Shown here: piece by piece, positions 55,686 to 64,000 of the stretch
Position numbering within the stretch: the first letter of the stretch is position 1
Layout of the letters: each line of letters starts with the position of its first letter
Assembly (NCBI GenBank): GCA_900547555.1
Contig: URHG01000001.1
Span: 53,628 to 117,627 of the forward strand
Direction of reading: 5' to 3'
Source of the DNA: an uncultured Porphyromonadaceae bacterium
Lineage (GTDB): Bacteria > Bacteroidota > Bacteroidia > Bacteroidales > UBA11471
DNA: 64,000 nucleotides
Notes under the pieces: generated by a model
The model's input: the letters and a program-made list of their open reading frames with translations, nothing else
What the model was told of the DNA's origin: nothing
The model's database searches: none
Program-made: the position numbers and the translations under genes

Positions 55686-56639
55686 TTATAAGTTCTCTCT
55701 TACATTTACGACCCGAAGAGGTTGTTTGGCGGGAAGGATTCCCGATTTCAGAATGATACGCTGCCCTTTATCGGAACTGACAAAAGAGGTGAATCCATAA
55801 GGAAGACTGTTGCGGTTGGAGGTACATATCATGTATATTTCTCGACTTAACGGGTATAATTGCATGGCGAGGTAGGCTTGGAATGGTTGATAGCTGTTCC
55901 CGTTGAATGCAATGGGATCGGCACTGACGAGCATGACTTGTATGAGATCATTGAACGAGAGGTTGGTCGTGTCGCTTTGGTTGCCGATCCAGTTCGACCC
56001 GATGACTCCGATTGCATTGGGTACTTTGGATACATAGTCGATAACCCCCTCATTATCATATGTGGCTTTTATGTTACCTGTTAGTTCTTGGCCTTTATTG
56101 ATGTTTTCGATGACATACCGCACCGTACTTGAATTGGTATTGTCGAATACGACTTCCAAGTCTCCCATGCGGGATTTGGGATTGAGCTGGTCCCATTTGG
56201 TTATTTTACCTGTAAATATATCTCGCAATTGGTCGAGTGTAACAAGTGAGTCGGGGTTGTTGCGGTTAGTGATGAGCGCAACACCATCAATGGCTATCTT
56301 CGATACTTTGGGGTAGAGATTGTTAGCTTGGAGAGATTGTATTTCTTCATCTGTAAGAGAGCGGGTGGCAACGATAAGTTTTACACTATCGGCAAATAGT
56401 TCGTTAAATGCTGTTACTTCACTTGTGTATTTGGGAATGATGTTGGCTTTGGGATAGAGCCCTTCGAATACTTCTATCTCTTCTTCGATGATGGGTTTAA
56501 GCGTTTCATCTACACAGATGGTGATAACCCCCGATGTCGTAGTATTTTCTATTGTGTTCTCTTGTTTCTGCTTATTGCGATTGCAACTTGCAAGTATAAG
56601 GGCAACACCGCATAATATAAGGATAAATGCTCGCTTCAT
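55686..56639 (-). CDS. PstS-like (PBP_like_2) substrate-binding lipoprotein
   Basis: 317 aa with a lipobox (LILASC). Periplasmic phosphate-binding-like blocks are present (DGVALITNRNNP, IFTGKITKWDQL). Confidence 0.75.
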   Translation of the reverse strand: MKRAFILILCGVALILASCNRNKQKQENTIENTTTSGVITICVDETLKPIIEEEIEVFEGLYPKANIIPKYTSEVTAFNELFADSVKLIVATRSLTDEEIQSLQANNLYPKVSKIAIDGVALITNRNNPDSLVTLDQLRDIFTGKITKWDQLNPKSRMGDLEVVFDNTNSSTVRYVIENINKGQELTGNIKATYDNEGVIDYVSKVPNAIGVIGSNWIGNQSDTTNLSFNDLIQVMLVSADPIAFNGNSYQPFQAYLAMQLYPLSREIYMICTSNRNSLPYGFTSFVSSDKGQRIILKSGILPAKQPLRVVNVRENL

Positions 56640-56661
56640 ATAAGTCCCGTATTAATCTTGG

Positions 56662-56895
56662 TTATCCTTTGATAAATCGATACCCCCGGAAGATGGCATA
56701 AGCAGCGAAGACTCCGGCGAAGATATAGCGCAAGGTAGGATTGAATGTCGCTTCGAAATAGGGGGTAAAGGCTAATAGGTAAGCCATTGTAAGATATATC
56801 AGTAGCATAATGATACCGAATAAATATCCGATACGGCTTTTGGTTGCTTTGCCCGTATTCTTTTCCACTTCGTGCATATTGGTTTCTTCGTTCAT
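56662..56895 (-). CDS. Small two-TM membrane protein, unknown function
   Basis: Trimmed to MNEETNMHEV. Two hydrophobic helices are visible (YLFGIIMLLIYLTMAYLLAF and YIFAGVFAAYAIF). It stops 22 nt upstream of the PstS-like gene start. Confidence 0.45.
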   Translation of the reverse strand: MNEETNMHEVEKNTGKATKSRIGYLFGIIMLLIYLTMAYLLAFTPYFEATFNPTLRYIFAGVFAAYAIFRGYRFIKG

Positions 56896-57088
56896 TTTCT
56901 CATTATTAAAGGTCCTTGAAAATGTATCGTTTATCAGCCTTCTTTTTATAGAGGCCTCAAAGATAGCGAAATAATTTTTCTTGAAAAACAATTTGGGTGT
57001 TACTTATGTTTAAGAATTTATTCTTTCAATAAAAATGATACGTTTTTTCCTTTTCTAACCTTACAGGATTTTCAGATTGCTTATAAAA

Positions 57089-57120
57089 ATAAAAAAGGCC
57101 CCTTTGATGGAGCCTTTTTT
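57089..57120 (-). terminator. Terminator after tonB
   Basis: AGGCCCC-TTTGAT-GGAGCCT (1 mismatch) is embedded in A7...T8 runs. Confidence 0.55.
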
Positions 57121-57136
57121 ATGAGTTTTTTGAGGA

Positions 57137-57961
57137 TTAGTTCAATGTGAAGTTTACTGGAACGTTGTAGTAAACTGCAACGGCTACACCATTTTGTTTA
57201 CCGGGGTTCCAACGCGGAAGACTTTTTATCACACGCACGGCTTCTTTGTCAAGCAGTTCGTGTACACCGCGAATCACTTCGACATTCTCTACGTAACCAT
57301 CTTTATTTACGACGAAACGTACAGTAACACGGCCTTCGATACCTCTTTCTATAGCCATAGTAGGATATTCCATGTGGTCGCTGATATATTTCAGCAGGGC
57401 TTCTTCACCACCGGGGAATCCGGGCATCTGTTCTACGATGATATAAACTTCCTCTTCTTCGACTTCGGGAGCTACGAAATCTTTGAAATCGGCAATATCC
57501 TGACCATCGATTTCGTCATTACCTTTTACGTCGGCGATAGAAATTGCCACGTTGCCGCGTGCTGCCAATTCGTCTTGCGACTTGATTTCATCTTCTTCAC
57601 CGACTTCTTCATCTTTTTTGATGACGGGTGCGGTAAATTTGATCGTACTTTTCAAAGGCGGTGGCGGTGTTGTGGGCTTCATCATCGGCTGCAACTCTTC
57701 GTTGCGTTTGATTTCTGCCTCGGGCAACTTGGCCAATGTCGTTACTTCGTTTACAACGATTTTATTTTCTCTTTCAGGTGTGATGAACTTGATCAACATC
57801 GGGAGTGTGATGACCAATATCACGACTGCAATAACGATGAGTGTCGCTAAATTGTGTCGTTTGGGGGTATCGAGACGCATGTCGTATGCGCCATACTCCT
57901 TGTTGCGATCTTTGAAGATTAATTCACACCAATCTTTCGAAGTTAAATCTATTTTTGCCAT
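57137..57961 (-). CDS. tonB: Energy transducer TonB
   Basis: 274 aa. It has an N-terminal anchor, a Pro/Glu/Lys-rich linker and a C-terminal TonB_C domain (GIEGRVTVRFVVNKDGYV...PGKQNGVAVAV). Confidence 0.88.
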   Translation of the reverse strand: MAKIDLTSKDWCELIFKDRNKEYGAYDMRLDTPKRHNLATLIVIAVVILVITLPMLIKFITPERENKIVVNEVTTLAKLPEAEIKRNEELQPMMKPTTPPPPLKSTIKFTAPVIKKDEEVGEEDEIKSQDELAARGNVAISIADVKGNDEIDGQDIADFKDFVAPEVEEEEVYIIVEQMPGFPGGEEALLKYISDHMEYPTMAIERGIEGRVTVRFVVNKDGYVENVEVIRGVHELLDKEAVRVIKSLPRWNPGKQNGVAVAVYYNVPVNFTLN

Positions 57962-57987
57962 TTTTATTCGATTTTAGTGTGAATATA

Positions 57988-58647
57988 TTACATTTGATCG
58001 CGGTCGATTTGGTTGGTGAGTTCACCTTTCTTTTCATAGTTTTCCACCAACCATTCATCACCTTCGGCGATGTCGACTATTGCATATTTGTTGATGCTAC
58101 AAATGTGCATTTCGTCGAGGGCATCTACCAAGTTTTTATAGGTCGAGTCATCGGTCGCTTTGATGATGACGATAGGAGCCGTCTTGGCGTCTTTGATTTC
58201 TCCGGCGCGTTTGTTGTACTCTTCGTCAGACATCTTAGTGTCTATTTTCTCCTTTTTCAGTTCTCGTATCTTCGATACTACTTCTTGGTTGCGATAAAGC
58301 AACATGGCACGGAGTCCGTCATCATTATAAGTGGTTTCCTGCAAAGAGGTCCAGTCTTCATAATTAGGTTCTCCCGTATAGTAGTATACGCGGTTGTTAC
58401 CTCCGAGAATCAGAGTGATAGCACGTGAAGCGGCTACTTTGTCCCGTTCTTGCTCTGTCAGCGTTTTATCGTTTGACGGCATGCTGATTTCCATCGTCTG
58501 AGGTTTGCTCATAGAGGTACAGAGCATAAAGAAAGTAAGAAGCAACATGTTCATGTCGACCATAGGAGTGAAGTCGACGCGAATGTTCATTTTTTTCTGT
58601 TTACCTTTCTTCTTGCCGCCGGAGTCTTTTTGTTCTACTTCTGCCAT
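57988..58647 (-). CDS. exbD: Biopolymer transporter ExbD/TolR
   Basis: 219 aa. RVDFTPMVDMNMLLLTFFM is the ExbD TM signature. Confidence 0.88.
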   Translation of the reverse strand: MAEVEQKDSGGKKKGKQKKMNIRVDFTPMVDMNMLLLTFFMLCTSMSKPQTMEISMPSNDKTLTEQERDKVAASRAITLILGGNNRVYYYTGEPNYEDWTSLQETTYNDDGLRAMLLYRNQEVVSKIRELKKEKIDTKMSDEEYNKRAGEIKDAKTAPIVIIKATDDSTYKNLVDALDEMHICSINKYAIVDIAEGDEWLVENYEKKGELTNQIDRDQM

Positions 58648-58669
58648 AATTTCTACATTCTAACAGTTA

Positions 58670-59290
58670 TTAAAAATCGCCGGAGACACTTTTCAGCGTG
58701 GTGATCAGGTTGTAACGGTTCTCTCGTAAATCTTGTAACGACGACATTACTTTGTGTATCTCGGAATAAGGCGTGTTCTGTGCAGCCTTTATCGCAATAC
58801 GCATGTCGCGGTTGGTTTTACGTGCGGCTTTTACCCATGCTTTGAATTCGTTGGAGGGATTACCGGTCGTATCGATGGGGATACCGGTGCCCTGTTCTAC
58901 CATTACTCTCACTTGGTCATCGAAAGGCAGGTCGAGCAACGATTTCATTTGCGAAATAGGTACGCCGAAGTAATCTGATGCTTGGAAGTTGGCCAGCTCT
59001 TGGTCTGTAAATTCGTATCCGTATTCTTCTGCTACTGACTGTAACATCGGTACTCGCATACCCGGGTCGGTTCCCATGAAGATTCGACCGTTCGATTCTA
59101 CAAGAATTTGGAGAACGTTGGTTTCGGGAATTTTTATCTCGGAAACCGACGAAGGAACGGCGACTTGTACGGGTTCGGGTTCAACGAAAGTCGATGTCAG
59201 CATGAAGAAAGTAAGCAGAAGCACAGTTACGTCGCTCATCGCAGTCATGTCGATGGCGGTACTCTTCCTTTTTACTTTTACTTTTGGCAT
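58670..59290 (-). CDS. exbD: Biopolymer transporter ExbD/TolR
   Basis: 206 aa. AIDMTAMSDVTVLLLTFFM is the ExbD TM signature. Confidence 0.88.
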   Translation of the reverse strand: MPKVKVKRKSTAIDMTAMSDVTVLLLTFFMLTSTFVEPEPVQVAVPSSVSEIKIPETNVLQILVESNGRIFMGTDPGMRVPMLQSVAEEYGYEFTDQELANFQASDYFGVPISQMKSLLDLPFDDQVRVMVEQGTGIPIDTTGNPSNEFKAWVKAARKTNRDMRIAIKAAQNTPYSEIHKVMSSLQDLRENRYNLITTLKSVSGDF

Positions 59291-59316
59291 AATCTTACTG
59301 TTTCAGAAGTGGTTAA

Positions 59317-60153
59317 TTACTTGCTGTGATTAGCGGCGTAAGATTGTACGATAGAGAAACCTACTTCGTCGATAGCGTAAGTGATTTTGTCGATTTTGCT
59401 GGTGAAGAAGTTATAAGAGATAACAGCACAAGCACCGGTTGCGATACCGAAAGCGGTATTTACAAGTGCCTCGGAAATACCGGTCGAGAGGGCTACCGAG
59501 TCAGGAGCTCCGGTTGCTGTGGCAAGAGCGGCAAATGAACGGATCATACCAAGCACAGTACCGAGAAGTCCGACAAGAGTACCGAGGGTCGTCATGGTAG
59601 CGATAACGGCGAGGTTCATTTCGAGAGTAGGCAATTCGAGCGCGGTGGCTTCTTCTACTTCCTTCTGGATACTTGCCAATTTTTGTTCTTTGGTCAGTTC
59701 GGTGTTGTTTTCCATTTCGGCATATTTTTTCAAGGCCGACGTTACCACGCTACCTACCGAACCTCTTTGTTTGTCGCAATATTCTTGGGCTTTGGCCAAG
59801 TCATTGGCAGCGAGAGCTGCTTTAACGTTAGCAACGAATTTGGTGAGGCTACCTTTGCCTTTGGCGGTCATGATAGCAAATGCACGTTCGATACTCAGTA
59901 CCAATACAGTGAGCAACAAAGTTTGCAGCACAGGCACAATTATACCACCTTTGTAGATAGTTCCCAACATATTACCGGGTTTGGGCTCGGCTTTGGTGGC
60001 ATCGGTAAAGTTGTTTACATCACCCAATATAAAGGTGTAGATGCACACAGCAATGATAAAACATACTACGATTACGAGGAATGCAGATTCGATACCGCGA
60101 AATCCTTTCGATTCTTTCTTAGCTTTTTTTGCTTTGGGTTGTTTTGTCTCCAT
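59317..60153 (-). CDS. exbB: MotA/TolQ/ExbB proton-channel protein
   Basis: 278 aa. The C-terminus TLGTLVGLLGTVLGMIRSF...ISEALVNTAFGI is the ExbB signature. Confidence 0.9.
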   Translation of the reverse strand: METKQPKAKKAKKESKGFRGIESAFLVIVVCFIIAVCIYTFILGDVNNFTDATKAEPKPGNMLGTIYKGGIIVPVLQTLLLTVLVLSIERAFAIMTAKGKGSLTKFVANVKAALAANDLAKAQEYCDKQRGSVGSVVTSALKKYAEMENNTELTKEQKLASIQKEVEEATALELPTLEMNLAVIATMTTLGTLVGLLGTVLGMIRSFAALATATGAPDSVALSTGISEALVNTAFGIATGACAVISYNFFTSKIDKITYAIDEVGFSIVQSYAANHSK

Positions 60154-60556
60154 AATAAAAGAGTCTTTTGTTAGTTTGGTTTACAGTTTTTGTGAAGTTT
60201 TTATGTTCTTTTTGTGGTTTAGTCGTTCTTTTTTGCCCGTCCATGAATTGATACCTTGGCTGTTTTTCAACTTACACGAGTGATCAAAGGTCGAAACATT
60301 ATTTTTTCAATCCGTTATTTATGTAAGCAATTCCTTCTGCATGATAGTGTTACATGGTACGAGCATATCTGCATGCGATTATTCTTTTTGACATTTCTGT
60401 CGAAAACACGGGTCAAATATAGGATTTCTTTTTCAAAAGAAAAAAAATCGGATAAAAAAAGTTGGCCGAATGGTGTGATTTCGAGGGAGAGATAATGATT
60501 TTTTTGCTTTTTTGTTTTTATAATAGTAATTTGTGAAAGTGCGGCGTAAGATTTCG

Positions 60557-60564
60557 TATCTTTG
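60557..60564 (+). promoter_or_regulatory. Candidate -7 box (TATCTTTG) for the IMPase gene
   Basis: TAnnTTTG match 25 nt upstream of ATG 60589. Confidence 0.4.
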
Positions 60565-60588
60565 TTATATAATTAAGGTAATTGTGTT

Positions 60589-61425
60589 ATGGATTATGAT
60601 GTGGCAATGCTATCTGATCTGACACTCAAAGTCGTCGAGGTAGCCCGTCTTACGGGGCAGTTTTTGCGTAGCGAACGTTTGGTTTTCGACCGTTCTCGTG
60701 TTGAAGAAAAGAATCTGCATGACTATGTTTCGTATGTCGATCGGGAGTCTGAGTGCCGTTTGGTCGCTTCGCTTTCGGATTTGTTGCCGGGAGCGGGATT
60801 TATCACCGAGGAGGCGACTGTTTCTTATCGAGGAGAGGATTGTTTATGGATTATCGACCCGCTCGATGGCACGACCAATTATGTTCATGACCACTCTCCT
60901 TATGCCGTGAGTATAGCTCTTTACGGCCGATCTGCCGGATTGCTGTTAGGGGTGGTTTATGAACCTTGTCGCGACGAATGTTTTTATGCTTGGAAAGATG
61001 GCGGCGCTTATCTTAACGGTGTTCGTATATCTGTGTCTCCCGTAACGTCGATAGGAGCGGCCTATATACATCTCGGATTGCCGTATGACGCAGAGAAGTA
61101 TAGGGCTTTTTCGACGGCAATGTTGTCTCGTTTTTATGGGCATGTGGGTGGTGTGCGTATAGCGGGTTCGGCAGCTATGGATATTTGCGGTGTGGCAGCG
61201 GGGCGCACAGAGGCTTATATCGAACCTGCCTTACACCTGTGGGACGTGGCGGCCGGTATTCTCATTTTGCGTGAAGCCGGTGGTGTTGTCTCCGATTTTG
61301 AAGACTGTTCTTTACTCTGTGGGGCGGCTGCCGGTGATAGCTTGTGGGTCGACGGTTATGATGTCGTTGCAACGAATGCCGGCCTTCATGCTGATATTTT
61401 ATCGTATTTGAGGGATTGTCTCTGA
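60589..61425 (+). CDS. Inositol monophosphatase family protein (SuhB-like)
   Basis: 278 aa with WIIDPLDGTTNY and the DVAAG motif. Confidence 0.85.
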   Translation: MDYDVAMLSDLTLKVVEVARLTGQFLRSERLVFDRSRVEEKNLHDYVSYVDRESECRLVASLSDLLPGAGFITEEATVSYRGEDCLWIIDPLDGTTNYVHDHSPYAVSIALYGRSAGLLLGVVYEPCRDECFYAWKDGGAYLNGVRISVSPVTSIGAAYIHLGLPYDAEKYRAFSTAMLSRFYGHVGGVRIAGSAAMDICGVAAGRTEAYIEPALHLWDVAAGILILREAGGVVSDFEDCSLLCGAAAGDSLWVDGYDVVATNAGLHADILSYLRDCL

Positions 61426-61450
61426 CTTTACCGAGATTTTTATCAACAGA

Positions 61451-61476
61451 AAAAGGGGGCAATCAAGCCCCCTTTT
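61451..61476. terminator. Bidirectional terminator between the convergent IMPase and DUF4861 genes
   Basis: AAAAGGGGGC-AATCAA-GCCCCCTTTT is a perfect stem. Confidence 0.7.
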
Positions 61477-61493
61477 CTATGGAAATTAGAGAT

Positions 61494-62738
61494 CTATTTT
61501 TTCTTTTTCAATATTTTTACCCGACAGGGTTGTTCGATGTCTTTTTTCCACGTCTTCAAGTACTCAAACCACGCTTCGGGAGTTTTATAGCCGAACGTCT
61601 CTTTCATGGAGGTAAACGTGATGTAATAAGTCATCGACGATTGTTTCGGGGCTTGTACTTGATAGAGGTAATTGGCTTTATCGTTTATTTCGCTTACGAT
61701 ATATTTCTGTGGAAGGTATGTTCCGAGGCCGACGGTTTCTTTGGCATATTTTACCGTATCGTTCACCGGCCAGTCCGTACCCCAGCAACCGATCAGTCCT
61801 TTGTGGTCGCTATATGATTCCGAACCTTTGATGTTTTGTACGCCGGTACAGAAGACTTCGTTGCCGAGAGGTTTGCCAAAAAGCACATCTACTTGAGCGT
61901 CGCGATGGCCTCCATAGAGAGTATATCGGCAAGTCATATCGAGACGGTCGTTTCCGTATTGCCAGCCTTTCGCTTCCATTTCGGCTACGGTGCGCACGGG
62001 ACCGTAAGCCAATATGCGACCGGTGCGTTCAATGACGGGTTCGATATGTGTCGCTTTTTTCTGTTTGGCATTCCAGCCTTTCAATGCGCCTACGCCACAA
62101 CTGCCGCTTACGCGTAAAACGTCGTCGCCGAATCCTTCTGCCAGTTGTTTGTCGTCGGGATACCAGCCACTGGCTTCCACTTCGAAACCTTTGTTGAATT
62201 TGCCGTAAATATCGACGGTCTGTTTTTGGTCGAAATAAATTCTGTATGCGACGAGTTCTGACTCGAATGCCGGGCCGTGATGATAAAGGTTGTTATAGAT
62301 CTTGGTCGTTCCCGGTATGCTCAGAGCATTGATTTTGGGGTGTTTGTTCCGTTTGTTGCTTTTGTCGTAGATTTTCATGTCGGCGTACACCCGTGCTGGA
62401 TAGCGATCGGCCGGTGCTTCTTTCCCCGATACGATGACGCGCAGTTCCTTTTTGGTTTTGGCCGGCATGTCTATGAGCAGGGCTATTTCGTCTCCTTTTC
62501 CGTCGCGATCGAGATCGTCGGTTTGTGAGGCGATCTCTTTTTCTCCCTCATATACGGTTGCCGACAGTATAGGAAAGTCGCATTTGAAATCGGCGGTTTT
62601 CAGAACGACGGGATAGTCGGGTTTATTCTTCTCCCACGGATTTTCCACTTCTATGTAGAATGTTTTTTCTTGTGCCCATACTTGCGTACCGATACCTAAT
62701 GCAAGGAGGCATAGGCCGAAATGACCGAATAGTTTCAT
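61494..62738 (-). CDS. DUF4861-like secreted protein (a family usually linked to pectin/uronate loci)
   Basis: 414 aa with a signal peptide. The N-terminus FYIEVENPWEKNKPDYPVVLK resembles DUF4861 as I recall it. The family call is tentative. Confidence 0.6.
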   Translation of the reverse strand: MKLFGHFGLCLLALGIGTQVWAQEKTFYIEVENPWEKNKPDYPVVLKTADFKCDFPILSATVYEGEKEIASQTDDLDRDGKGDEIALLIDMPAKTKKELRVIVSGKEAPADRYPARVYADMKIYDKSNKRNKHPKINALSIPGTTKIYNNLYHHGPAFESELVAYRIYFDQKQTVDIYGKFNKGFEVEASGWYPDDKQLAEGFGDDVLRVSGSCGVGALKGWNAKQKKATHIEPVIERTGRILAYGPVRTVAEMEAKGWQYGNDRLDMTCRYTLYGGHRDAQVDVLFGKPLGNEVFCTGVQNIKGSESYSDHKGLIGCWGTDWPVNDTVKYAKETVGLGTYLPQKYIVSEINDKANYLYQVQAPKQSSMTYYITFTSMKETFGYKTPEAWFEYLKTWKKDIEQPCRVKILKKKK

Positions 62739-62773
62739 GGTAGATGTATTTTTTGAGTATTATGGTGATTTTA

Positions 62774-63439
62774 TCAGAAAGTAACGCTGAATACAAGTTG
62801 CCACATATTGCTTTTGTAGGAAAAGTCATTGGCCAGAATGTCGCTCCACCCATCGGTAAAAGTCTCTCTTACCGAGTTGCCCATAGGCAGCCGGTAATTG
62901 ATGGCAGCGCGCAAATGCTTGAAGAGAATAATGCCGGCGGTAAAATTCATACCTACGGCGGTCTCGTTATTGATGAGGCGCGCACCGTTCGGTTGGGGAT
63001 TTTCTTTCCCGATAATATCGTAAAGTTTATTGGATAGGTTGTCGTTTTTGATGTCGAATGTAAACGACGGTCCTACTCCTGCATAGATGCCGAGAATTTG
63101 CAACGGGTTGAATGTGAATTTCAGATATAAAGGAATGTCGAGAGAGTGTCTGAAATAGTTGGCTACGGCATAATCGTCGGTGTTGGTAAAATGTGTTCGG
63201 CGTTGCAGGTAGAGCAGAGATCCGTCGATAGAGAGACCTAACGGGAAACTTATTTCGGCCATAGGACCGATGAAAAAGCCGCAATCGTTATCGTATTTGA
63301 TATTGGAGGCGAGCCCTTTATAGGAGCTTCCCGATAGATTGATTCCTCCTTTGAGACCCCAGTTGAAATCTATGGCCTGCGCTTGTGCCGATATGCCTAA
63401 GAATACCAGCAAGCAGATGGTTTTGGTAAACTTTTTCAT
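62774..63439 (-). CDS. Outer-membrane beta-barrel (porin-family) protein
   Basis: Trimmed to MKKFTKTICLLVFLGISAQAQA. It shows an alternating beta-strand pattern and a terminal aromatic residue (VFSVTF). Confidence 0.65.
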   Translation of the reverse strand: MKKFTKTICLLVFLGISAQAQAIDFNWGLKGGINLSGSSYKGLASNIKYDNDCGFFIGPMAEISFPLGLSIDGSLLYLQRRTHFTNTDDYAVANYFRHSLDIPLYLKFTFNPLQILGIYAGVGPSFTFDIKNDNLSNKLYDIIGKENPQPNGARLINNETAVGMNFTAGIILFKHLRAAINYRLPMGNSVRETFTDGWSDILANDFSYKSNMWQLVFSVTF

Positions 63440-63603
63440 AAGATATAGTTTTGTCAAAGCAAAGATAAAGATTTCTTTACGAACTTTTTTATCCTTATTC
63501 CCGAAACCCTATATAAAAAATCGTTAATCGTCGTATTCCAATAAATTTTCCCGACAAGGAAATTTTTTAGCCGATAAAATTTTTTCAATTCAAGAAAAGA
63601 TTT

Positions 63604-63611
63604 TACCTTTG
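63604..63611 (+). promoter_or_regulatory. Candidate -7 box (TACCTTTG) for the tRNA
   Basis: TAnnTTTG match 42 nt upstream of tRNA position 1. Confidence 0.4.
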
Positions 63612-63652
63612 CCCCCGCATTCGGGAAAAGATGTTTTTCTCGTATTGGCGAT

Positions 63653-63726
63653 GGCGGGGTAGCTCAGTTGGTTAGAGCGTCGGATTCATAACCCGGAGGT
63701 CACGAGTTCAATTCTCGTCCCCGCTA
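63653..63726 (+). tRNA. tRNA with CAT anticodon (elongator tRNA-Met, or tRNA-Ile2 if lysidine-modified)
   Basis: The 74-nt cloverleaf reads GGCGGGG TA GCTC AGTTGGTTA GAGC G TCGGA TTCATAA CCCGG AGGTC ACGAG TTCAATT CTCGT CCCCGCT A. It has a G1-U72 wobble and an A31/C39 mismatch, and no encoded CCA. It is not initiator-like, since there is no C1:A72. Confidence 0.88.
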
Positions 63727-63736
63727 CTTTCATCGA

Positions 63737-63769
63737 AGGCTGTCTTAGTGTGTAAGACGGCCTTTTTTG
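63737..63769 (+). terminator. Terminator after the tRNA
   Basis: AGGCTGTCTTA-GTGTG-TAAGACGGCCT followed by TTTTTG. Confidence 0.7.
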
Positions 63770-63800
63770 TCGTATGGAATAAAGTAATACGCATTTCTCC

Positions 63801-64000
63801 ATGTTGAAATATTTTTATATTGCCATCGGAACATTGTCGTTGTCTTTGGGGGTCATCGGTATTTTTGTGCCGTTGTTACCCACGACGCCCTTTTTATTGC
63901 TTGCGGCCGCTCTTTATTTTCGTAGTTCTCCGGTGCTGTATGAGCGTTTATTGAATCATAGGTATTTAGGTTCGTATATCCGTAATTTTCGGGAGTATAG
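63801..64000 (+). CDS. YbaN (DUF454) family inner-membrane protein, N-terminal fragment running off the right edge
   Basis: Not in the ORF track. My translation from ATG 63801 is MLKYFYIAIGTLSLSLGVIGIFVPLLPTTPFLLLAAALYFRSSPVLYERLLNHRYLGSYIRNFREY, which is the DUF454 signature GxxGxxxPxLPTTPFLLLAA. Confidence 0.7.
   Translation, partial: MLKYFYIAIGTLSLSLGVIGIFVPLLPTTPFLLLAAALYFRSSPVLYERLLNHRYLGSYIRNFREY

Overview
The window reads as a Bacteroidales (Bacteroidota) chromosomal segment. Supporting signs are a SusC-type transporter, lipoprotein signal peptides, TAnnTTTG-type promoter boxes and two T9SS C-terminal sorting domains. Positions 1-31085 form a single-strand (minus) pectin/rhamnogalacturonan utilisation locus. 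It holds a partial SusC, a multi-FAS1 lipoprotein, an unassigned GH-like lipoprotein, GH28, two GH105, GH106, GH2, a CE12-like esterase, a SASA-type esterase, a PL1 pectate lyase with a T9SS tail and an unknown T9SS cargo protein. The L-rhamnose genes rhaB-rhaA-rhaT-rhaD are embedded in it. Positions 32313-64000 are mostly housekeeping: queF, queA, an Smr protein, hisS, GNAT, GT2, an OmpA-family protein, Crp, MATE, a nucleoside phosphorylase, RNase G, a bS22-like mini-ORF, HU, speA-truA, fba, an exbB-exbD-exbD-tonB cluster with PstS-like and TPR genes, an IMPase, DUF4861, a tRNA-CAT and a partial YbaN. The most unusual sequence-level feature is one family of imperfect palindromes of about 28-37 nt, with roughly 45-50 copies counted by eye. 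The copies alternate in orientation and form four ORF-free intergenic arrays at 24558-25786, 31258-32304, 37704-38332 and 43507-43932. Three of the arrays carry a structured element of about 220 bp whose terminal hairpin shows a compensatory base-pair change between copies. I saw no CRISPR array, cas gene, integrase, transposase or rRNA. All functional calls rest on my own recognition of motifs in the supplied translations. No database search was run, so family names are hypotheses to confirm with HMMER, dbCAN or Rfam.
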